Source: a virus (taxonomy: Duplodnaviria > Caudoviricetes). Taken from it: a stretch of DNA of 27,491 nucleotides. Shown piece after piece: positions 15,690 to 22,128 of this stretch. Numbering within the stretch: position 1 is the stretch's first letter; every line of letters starts with the position of its first letter. A program made the position numbers and the translations under genes. The notes under the pieces are model-generated. The model had not been told where the DNA came from. It ran no database searches and worked only from the letters and a program-made list of their open reading frames with translations. The DNA is taken from the IMG/VR virus record IMGVR_UViG_3300046788_000224, positions 1-27,491 of that record, one strand, 5' to 3'.

Positions 15690-16457
15690 ATGCTTCACCT
15701 GTTCGATCCAGACCTATTTGATCCAACCCCTTTGGAAAAGCTGCCTACGCAACAGCAGCGCCTGGAAGAGCATGCGCGGCGCCTCGATGAACGCATCCGA
15801 CAGCTCGAGGAACGCGACCGGCTGCGCGCCTGCCCACCGCGCCGGCCGGAGCTAGACCAGATCCTTGCCCTCGCGGCCGACACTCCATACCGAGACATCA
15901 GCCAACAAGTAGGTCTGCCGTACAGCCGAGTTTACGCTATCTGCCGCCAAGCTGGCGTCAAAGCGCCACGCGCCCCGACGGCTCTGACGGACACCGAGCG
16001 TAACCGGCAAATCATCGAACAGGTTCTGGCCGGCATTAGCTATACAATCATCGCCCACGCGCACCGTATCACCCGCCAAAGGGTTCAGCAGATTTGTCGA
16101 CGGGCGGGAGTGCGTTCGCAGTTACCGCCAGCTGCTGCGAGGCGCCGCAAATCCGTGGGTTCTCGCCTACATTGCCGGTTGCCTGTCGGGCTGGGGGGCC
16201 GCCCGCCGTTCCACGGCCTACATGCTGGGTATCCGGCGTTGACCCAGGATCAGGCAATCGCCGTGATTGCTCGCCTTGGCACCGCTGTCATGGCGCTAGA
16301 ATCAGCGGCGGCGGAGGCGGCGCAGCCCGTCGCCTCTCGCGACGTGGAATTGCTGGAAATGCTGCTAGACGCCCTCCGCCTTGCCCGGCTGGCGCAACAG
16401 CGATGCGAGGCTGCATTGCGGGACTGGCCGCTATTGACGACACGGGCGGAAAAGTGA
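15690..16457 (+). CDS. Protein with two tandem HTH motifs (sigma70 region-4-like)
   Basis: PYRDISQQVGLPYSRVYAIC and SYTIIAHAHRITRQRVQQIC; starts right after the int stop. Confidence 0.65.
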   Translation: MLHLFDPDLFDPTPLEKLPTQQQRLEEHARRLDERIRQLEERDRLRACPPRRPELDQILALAADTPYRDISQQVGLPYSRVYAICRQAGVKAPRAPTALTDTERNRQIIEQVLAGISYTIIAHAHRITRQRVQQICRRAGVRSQLPPAAARRRKSVGSRLHCRLPVGLGGRPPFHGLHAGYPALTQDQAIAVIARLGTAVMALESAAAEAAQPVASRDVELLEMLLDALRLARLAQQRCEAALRDWPLLTTRAEK

Positions 16458-16550
16458 AAGCCTGACCGGGCAGGGGAGTCGATTAGGCACCGCTCCCCTG
16501 CCCGCGCCGGCACGGATCGCGCCGGCAATCGAGATGGAGTGGACACCCCG

Positions 16551-16763
16551 ATGGCTGCCCAAAATGTAGACGCCCCAGGTGCGTCTGCCAACCCCTGTTG
16601 CCCGTCACATCCCCGCATCATCCTGCCGCATCTGATCGCGTGCCCGCTGTGCGCCCAGGAAGGCCGCAGGGCGACTTACGCCCGAACCCGCGTGGAGATG
16701 GCCGTCCGGTTGGCGGAGGCCCTGGAGCGGCTCCCTAGGCTCGTGGTGGAGGCAGCCGACTGA
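16551..16763 (+). CDS. Hypothetical Cys-containing protein (CCPSH...CPLC)
   Basis: Track ORF 16539..16763; ATG at 16551; TGATG coupling to the next ORF. Confidence 0.5.
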   Translation: MAAQNVDAPGASANPCCPSHPRIILPHLIACPLCAQEGRRATYARTRVEMAVRLAEALERLPRLVVEAAD

Positions 16764-16954
16764 TGAAACGTATCCCGCCCCCTCCGCCGGTTCCGTTCTC
16801 GCGCAGATCGCGGGCGTTTCATGGCGAGCCGGCCGCGAAGCGTGCCCGCTGGTCAGAGATTCAGCGCCAATGGGCAGAGGCGCAGCGCGACTTCCGCGAA
16901 ATCTGGACTGAAAAAGCGGAACAGACGGGAGCGCCGTCGTCAGCGTCGGACTGA
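16763..16954 (+). CDS. Hypothetical protein (63 aa)
   Basis: GGAGG RBS and TGATG overlap. Confidence 0.55.
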   Translation: MKRIPPPPPVPFSRRSRAFHGEPAAKRARWSEIQRQWAEAQRDFREIWTEKAEQTGAPSSASD

Positions 16955-17209
16955 GCTTCGGGTTCGGCCTCATCTTCGTCGATGATACCGGCGATCTGTC
17001 CACCTGGTGGTCGATCGCGGGCGCCAACAGCTACATTGCCCTCAGACGGCGCCGTGCGCCGACGATGCGGCACAGCGAGCGTTGAGGGCCGTCAGGGAGC
17101 GCAGGATGCGGGCACTGGGCCTCGGGTAAGCCGGCCCGAGCCGAAGGCCCTTCGGGCGCCTCGCAATATCCTGCCTCTTCGCCGTTGAGAGGGCACCACC
17201 GCTACCATG

Positions 17210-17277
17210 CCAGACAGCTTGGCTAGACACCTTATCCTGACATATTGACAGGACAATTTGTCCGACAGATTGTCTGG
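17210..17277. repeat. Cluster of GACA/TGTC motifs; candidate attP/recombinase binding region
   Basis: Eight GACA/TGTC in ~62 bp, palindrome GGACAATTTGTCC (17251-17263), outer IR CCAGACA/TGTCTGG; intergenic at a transcription convergence point downstream of int. Confidence 0.4.
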
Positions 17278-17324
17278 GTATGAGCGATAGGGTCGTGCCT
17301 CGCCGGTCAGCAGATCTGGCTCGG

Positions 17325-17696
17325 TCATTGTGGCGAACCTCCCGTCCAGCGGGCGACAGCCTCGCCAATCTGGCGGTCCGCGTCCCTGTCCGTTTCGCTC
17401 AACTCGTCGTAGGGCACGAGCCAGGACGGCTTAGGGTCGGGCTGCGTCAGTGCCCACCGCACCCACGCCTCACGCACAACCCGCCCGAGCTGATCGCGGT
17501 CAAATGGCAGCGGTCTGGTTGGCGCCTTGCCCGTTAGCCACTCCTCTCGGCGCCGCTTGGCCTCCTCGATCAGCAGGAACAGCCCGTGCGCGATCACAGC
17601 AGGCACTTCCGACGATCTATCAATCCGCGACGCAGCGCCCGCGAACAGCCCGACGTGGTAGGCAGCCAGCACGGTCAGTTCTTCTGCAATGCTCAT
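17325..17696 (-). CDS. Hypothetical protein with C-terminal RyR-repeat-like motif
   Basis: W.....P.PSWLVPYDELSE.DR.ADR resembles the RyR domain signature (LVPYDEL.E.EK..DR). Confidence 0.65.
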   Translation of the reverse strand: MSIAEELTVLAAYHVGLFAGAASRIDRSSEVPAVIAHGLFLLIEEAKRRREEWLTGKAPTRPLPFDRDQLGRVVREAWVRWALTQPDPKPSWLVPYDELSETDRDADRQIGEAVARWTGGSPQ

Positions 17697-17742
17697 AACC
17701 CTTTGGGACTCCTCAATGGATCGATAAGTCGTATTTCCGTCC

Positions 17743-18726
17743 CTATAGCAGCGCCATCTGGTCGGCCTCGGCCCTCTCAGGTCGCTTCATTCCCGCGTCG
17801 TAGGCCGAAAACTGGCACGCCCGGTAGAGCCCAGTAACCGCCCAGCGCTGGAACCGCTTGAGGCCGTGATAGCGGGCGGGGTCGCTGGCACGGCAGTCGT
17901 AGACCATCGGGAACGGCTCAATGCCACGCTCGACCATGCGTCCGAACCTGTGGTGGATGCGGTCCCACGTCTCGTGCTTGTCCCAGCCGATCAGCATGTA
18001 GGCTCTCAGGTGCTTCGCCGGCACGCCAGCCGCTTCCAGCATCTCGACGCCTCGGAAGAACACTGCCTCATCTTTCAGGTTGTCCCAGGCGGTATAGAGC
18101 CGGCGTTCCTGAAAGGCGTCGTCGCGATATTCCACGCTGGCGATCGCCTCTGCGGCGGCGGGCGATAGGTGCCGCACATTGATGCCCTGGTTGAGGCAGA
18201 CCTTGAAGCCGCCAGCCCTGATCTCGGCGATGCGGTCAGGCCACAGTTCCTGGCCGAAGAAATCGTTGTCCAGCAGATGCAGCCGCTTCGGATGGCCCTC
18301 GCCACGCCAGATATCGGCGATGGTGTTTACCGAGCGGGGCTTGCCTTCCTTCGCCGGCACCACGCAGAACTTGCAGGAGAGGCGGCAGCCTCGTTGGGTG
18401 AAGCCGATGGATGGGACGAAGGCGGGATACAGCGAATAGTCGTAATGCTCGTGGCGGCCAATGATATTCTCAACCGTGCGCTGGCTATCGGTTCCCGTTC
18501 CCCCGAGAATGGCGTCAGGCCAGGCTTGCAGGAACCGCTCGATTTTCGCCGCGGAGAACCGGAAGATGGCTGAGCCGTAGACCACGTCATAGTCGCCCTC
18601 GAACATATCGCGCTCGGCCTGGCGGGTGAATACGACCTCATCACCGCGCGCCTTGTGCCAATGCGACAGCTTCATCAGCGCAAGGTTGGGCAGGCTTCCG
18701 TCGATCTGGGTCAGGCGTATTCGCAA
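17743..18726 (-). CDS. Radical SAM protein (phage-type)
   Basis: TQRGCRLSCKFC = CxxxCxxC; PNLALMKLS.WHK..GD.V N-terminus; LLDNDF, NQGIN.R, YMLIG; TTG start. Confidence 0.88.
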   Translation of the reverse strand: MRIRLTQIDGSLPNLALMKLSHWHKARGDEVVFTRQAERDMFEGDYDVVYGSAIFRFSAAKIERFLQAWPDAILGGTGTDSQRTVENIIGRHEHYDYSLYPAFVPSIGFTQRGCRLSCKFCVVPAKEGKPRSVNTIADIWRGEGHPKRLHLLDNDFFGQELWPDRIAEIRAGGFKVCLNQGINVRHLSPAAAEAIASVEYRDDAFQERRLYTAWDNLKDEAVFFRGVEMLEAAGVPAKHLRAYMLIGWDKHETWDRIHHRFGRMVERGIEPFPMVYDCRASDPARYHGLKRFQRWAVTGLYRACQFSAYDAGMKRPERAEADQMALL

Positions 18727-18780
18727 CCACGTTATCCCCAGCCTAAGCCGCTGTTTCGCTCGTTGTTCCCATAACCGGGT

Positions 18781-18909
18781 CTATCGTCGCTGCAATGCTT
18801 TCAGGGCGATTTCGAGGCACCGACTAGCCGCCTCCCGATCGCCCCTGACAATAGCGATCATCGCAGCCTGGACAGCAATGAATGCGTCGTTGGCGGCCTT
18901 CGGTAACAA
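18781..18909 (-). CDS. 42-aa hypothetical peptide MLPKAANDAFIAVQAAMIAIVRGDREAASRCLEIALKALQRR
   Basis: Translated by hand; GAGGG RBS before TTG 18909; TAG at 18783-18781; upstream of radical SAM gene. Confidence 0.45.
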   Translation of the reverse strand: MLPKAANDAFIAVQAAMIAIVRGDREAASRCLEIALKALQRR

Positions 18910-19094
18910 TGTTGATTTCCCTCAATGGTTCAACCGCAAGACGCAATCAGCTTCCGCGCACAACGCATTAATCCGGCGCGATCATTGCGCAGAATCACTA
19001 TTGACCGGTATTAGCATACCGTTGTGGTATTAGGTTAAGTTTATTGAATGATTTCAAGATGCACTTGCTTCGCATGATTTAATACACCGGCCTT

Positions 19095-19107
19095 CAAACC
19101 ATTGATA
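19095..19107 (-). promoter_or_regulatory. IHF consensus site
   Basis: Minus strand TATCAATGGTTTG = WATCAANNNNTTR in an AT-rich intergenic region. Confidence 0.45.
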
Positions 19108-19156
19108 TCGTTTAGAAAACCTGGACATTTGGTGCCGAACCGGCACGTATTTGCTC

Positions 19157-19184
19157 ACTCTAATTTTTTGTAGATCGCTGTCAA
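19157..19184 (-). promoter_or_regulatory. Putative sigma70 promoter reading leftward towards the radical SAM gene
   Basis: TTGACA (19184-19179), 16-nt spacer, TAGAGT (19162-19157). Confidence 0.5.
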
Positions 19185-19304
19185 GCCACATCAGTCCCTC
19201 TAGCGCAGGCTCTTCCATCAGCGGTTGAAAAATTCCTGAACAGAAAAATCACTATACAGCACGAAACGACATGCCATTATGGCGCGTTTCACGTTGGACA
19301 CGCC

Positions 19305-19475
19305 ATGACCTACTTCCTGTTCCTGCTTGCATTCTTTTTTCTCGCCGGCCTGCACCGCGAGCGCGACATGGGCGACACTGCGCTTGCGCGCTTCTGCACC
19401 ACGGTGTTCGCCGCGTTCTTCATAGCAGGGTGGATAAGTTTATTCGGCCTCGTCGGCTACATCCTGCTGGGGTGA
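19305..19475 (+). CDS. 56-aa two-TM membrane protein MTYFLFLLAFFFLAGLHRERDMGDTALARFCTTVFAAFFIAGWISLFGLVGYILLG
   Basis: Translated by hand; ATG 19305, TGA 19473-19475, ending 2 nt from the convergent ejection gene stop. Confidence 0.6.
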   Translation: MTYFLFLLAFFFLAGLHRERDMGDTALARFCTTVFAAFFIAGWISLFGLVGYILLG

Positions 19476-19477
19476 CG

Positions 19478-21553
19478 CTAGCGCCGCGGCTGCTGCTGCG
19501 GCATCGCCGCGTCCACCTGGGTAATGTAGCTCTTGATGGCGTCCGACATCTCGGGGTTCTCGTTCGCGAGCAAGGTCAACCGCTGCATCGTGGTCGGCCA
19601 GTAGCCGGCGCCGCCGGCCATCTGATTGGTCAGAGCCCGCACAAACGGCGTCGACTGCAACAGCCCCTGCGCCGGGTAGCCACCGACAATACCCGCCGCG
19701 CCGATCGCCGCCCGCTTCAGATCGCCCTGCATCAGCGGATACAACACCGCCGCCATGACGGCGCCGGTACCACCGACCATCGCGCTGCGCGACGGATTGC
19801 CCAAAGCCTCGGTTCGCCGCATGCCCTTGGCGACGTTCGCCAGGTCATCCATCGCGTCACGCCAGCCGGGCGGGGCAAAATTCGTCGCCCCGGTCTGCGG
19901 CACGATCGGCTGCGAGCGGTTGCTTGGTGCGCCGAACAGGATGTCCTTGGCGCCGGGTGAGATCTTGTTCCACGCGGTCAGCGCAGCGCTTGGGCTGACC
20001 AGATCCGGATTGCCGCCCGGCTTCGGCGTCCACAGGTTCTGCCAGACGCTCGACGCCACGCCGTTCCACTCCTCCGGCGTCATCTGGCCCTTGAGCGCCG
20101 AGAGCCGCGACAGGTCGCCACCCTGGATGTCAGCCATCAGACGCGGCGTGGCGAGGCCAGGCTTGCTGTAATCGGTCAGCGCCTTGGCCGGCGTAGACGC
20201 CCCCGCCGGCTGCCCTGGGGCGGTGCTACGGAACTGTGTGACGACATCGTCCACCCGCTGCAGCGCGCGCCGGCCGGCGTCTCCAGCAGCGTCCTGGGCG
20301 CCCTGCCGCAGTGCCTCGCCGACCGTGCCATACAGGTTCACAAGACCAGGCTGGCCGGTAGGAGGCACCTGAAATTCGGTAGCCGGATCGCGTGAAAACG
20401 CCATCTGCCCAAGGCTGGTCCGCTTATCGAGCAGCCCCTCGATCGACACCGTGTTGTTGGCATCCGCGCTATCGAGAATCGACTGCGCTTCGCGCAGCGC
20501 CGGATTGTAGGTGTCGGGGTTCATCTCGCGGCCACTGCGTGTCGCCTGCCCGAGATAGTTCGCCATCCAATCTCGGACCGGCGTCACATCGACGCGGGCG
20601 CCGCCGAGCACGAGATTGGCGTCCTGCTTGGCCTGGCTCAGCCGATCGAGGAACCGCGTATTGGCCGCGTCGGTGGACATCGCGAGATGTTCGCCAAGCC
20701 TGTCGCGGCCGGGCACCGTCACGCCCGGCATTCCGGTCACATCCTCGATGCGCGAAGGCAAGATCCCAGGCGGCTGTGTCTCATTGATATTCAGCCCACG
20801 CTCAGCCTTACGGGAAGCCGCCAACTCGCCGCCCGGCAAGATCCTCAGCACGTTCTGCAGCGATGCGAGAATCGGATTGCCGGTCGCATCGGCCGTCGAC
20901 AGAGCGCCCAGCACGCCCTGGCGTTCCGCCGCCTGCGAGACCTGGGTCGGTCCCGTCGCCAACGCGGGTCCAGCTCCCAGGATGCCGCCGAGCAGGCCGG
21001 CACCCTGCTGCACCACAGGAGAGTTCGGGAAATACTTCTCCGCAGCGGTCAACGCCGCGCCGCTGCCGATCCCGCTGCCGATCGCCGGCACGACGGGCCA
21101 TAGCTGCGGCAGGATATCGCCCGCCGCAAAGGACGGCAGATCACCAGCCAGCGCCCTGACGCCTGCGCCCAACGCTGGCGCGCCGACCGTGGCACCGGTC
21201 GCGGTGAGGATGTTGCCCAGCAGATCGCGCTTCGCCGGCTGCGACGGAAGCCCGGCATAGTCCAGCGCCTTGGTGGCGATTTCCTCCGGCGTCGGCATGA
21301 CGATCGGTTTTTCCCCCAGCGCCGGTGCCAGGAGGTTCGACAGCAGCATAGCCGGCGACATCGAGGCGCCGAGCGCACCGCCGCCAGCGCCGCTGATGGC
21401 GCCGGTCAGAAACTGCCGCAGCCGCATCGCCGCGCCGCTGTCACTGACAGGCGGCGCGGTTGACGTGTCCATGCCCGGCGCGCCCTGTGCAGGCGGCGCG
21501 GCGGGCAGCTGACTTATCTGCGCCAGCAGGTCATCGGCGCTGACGTTAGCCAT
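19478..21553 (-). CDS. Putative DNA ejection / internal virion protein (691 aa)
   Basis: Last large gene of the virion module; Ala/Gly-rich; C-terminal NPS.SA followed by a hydrophobic segment, as in podovirus ejection proteins. Confidence 0.65.
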   Translation of the reverse strand: MANVSADDLLAQISQLPAAPPAQGAPGMDTSTAPPVSDSGAAMRLRQFLTGAISGAGGGALGASMSPAMLLSNLLAPALGEKPIVMPTPEEIATKALDYAGLPSQPAKRDLLGNILTATGATVGAPALGAGVRALAGDLPSFAAGDILPQLWPVVPAIGSGIGSGAALTAAEKYFPNSPVVQQGAGLLGGILGAGPALATGPTQVSQAAERQGVLGALSTADATGNPILASLQNVLRILPGGELAASRKAERGLNINETQPPGILPSRIEDVTGMPGVTVPGRDRLGEHLAMSTDAANTRFLDRLSQAKQDANLVLGGARVDVTPVRDWMANYLGQATRSGREMNPDTYNPALREAQSILDSADANNTVSIEGLLDKRTSLGQMAFSRDPATEFQVPPTGQPGLVNLYGTVGEALRQGAQDAAGDAGRRALQRVDDVVTQFRSTAPGQPAGASTPAKALTDYSKPGLATPRLMADIQGGDLSRLSALKGQMTPEEWNGVASSVWQNLWTPKPGGNPDLVSPSAALTAWNKISPGAKDILFGAPSNRSQPIVPQTGATNFAPPGWRDAMDDLANVAKGMRRTEALGNPSRSAMVGGTGAVMAAVLYPLMQGDLKRAAIGAAGIVGGYPAQGLLQSTPFVRALTNQMAGGAGYWPTTMQRLTLLANENPEMSDAIKSYITQVDAAMPQQQPRR

Positions 21554-21556
21554 TGT

Positions 21557-22030
21557 CTATTTTGGTTGCGCCGTCGGCGGCAGCGGCAGCGGCAGCCCCA
21601 CATCGAGCGACGGGTCTACTACGGTATAGCCAATGACCCTGGGTCCGCCGGCTCCAACCGCAACGATTGCCACAAGGAATTTTTCCGATGGCAACGGATG
21701 GCCGGCGACGGGCGGCTGTCCTGGCAAGCCCTGCCCTGGCAGCCCTGGCCCCCCTGGCAGCGGTTGTCCGGCAACAGGCGGATGCACGGGCGGCCAGATG
21801 CTTCCCGGCGGCATCGGATAGTCAGGCGGCAGTTGCACAGGCGGCCAGATGGAAACCGGCGGCGGCCAGATGCCCGGAGGCGCCGGCAGCGTGTTGTCGA
21901 TCTCGCCACCTCCCCAGCCGCCTCCTGGCAGCGTGTTGTCGATCACTGGCGGCGCGCCAGGCAGGCCGTGATCAGGACCGCCGGGCACCACGAGCACACT
22001 GCCGGCGGGGACGGGAAATGTTGCTGTCAT
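21557..22030 (-). CDS. Pro/Gly-rich repeat protein (157 aa)
   Basis: GGAG RBS; repeats IDNTLP x2, IWPP x3, G[QH][PG]LP-like x4. Confidence 0.75.
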   Translation of the reverse strand: MTATFPVPAGSVLVVPGGPDHGLPGAPPVIDNTLPGGGWGGGEIDNTLPAPPGIWPPPVSIWPPVQLPPDYPMPPGSIWPPVHPPVAGQPLPGGPGLPGQGLPGQPPVAGHPLPSEKFLVAIVAVGAGGPRVIGYTVVDPSLDVGLPLPLPPTAQPK

Positions 22031-22128
22031 TACGTGACTCCATTGAGTTTCAGGATTGACGTCAGTCTAGGCACTTATCCATACGCCCACACAACGACAT
22101 GCATGTCGCGTGACAGTATGGGATCGTT

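Noticed and set aside
19125-19150. Minus-strand GGTTCGGCACCA resembling a tRNA 3' end (possible att core)
   Set aside because: No T-arm spacing or cloverleaf; it is part of a simple hairpin
19271-19960. 229-aa plus-strand ORF
   Set aside because: Mostly antisense to the ejection gene; the 56-aa membrane ORF in another frame fits the gap better
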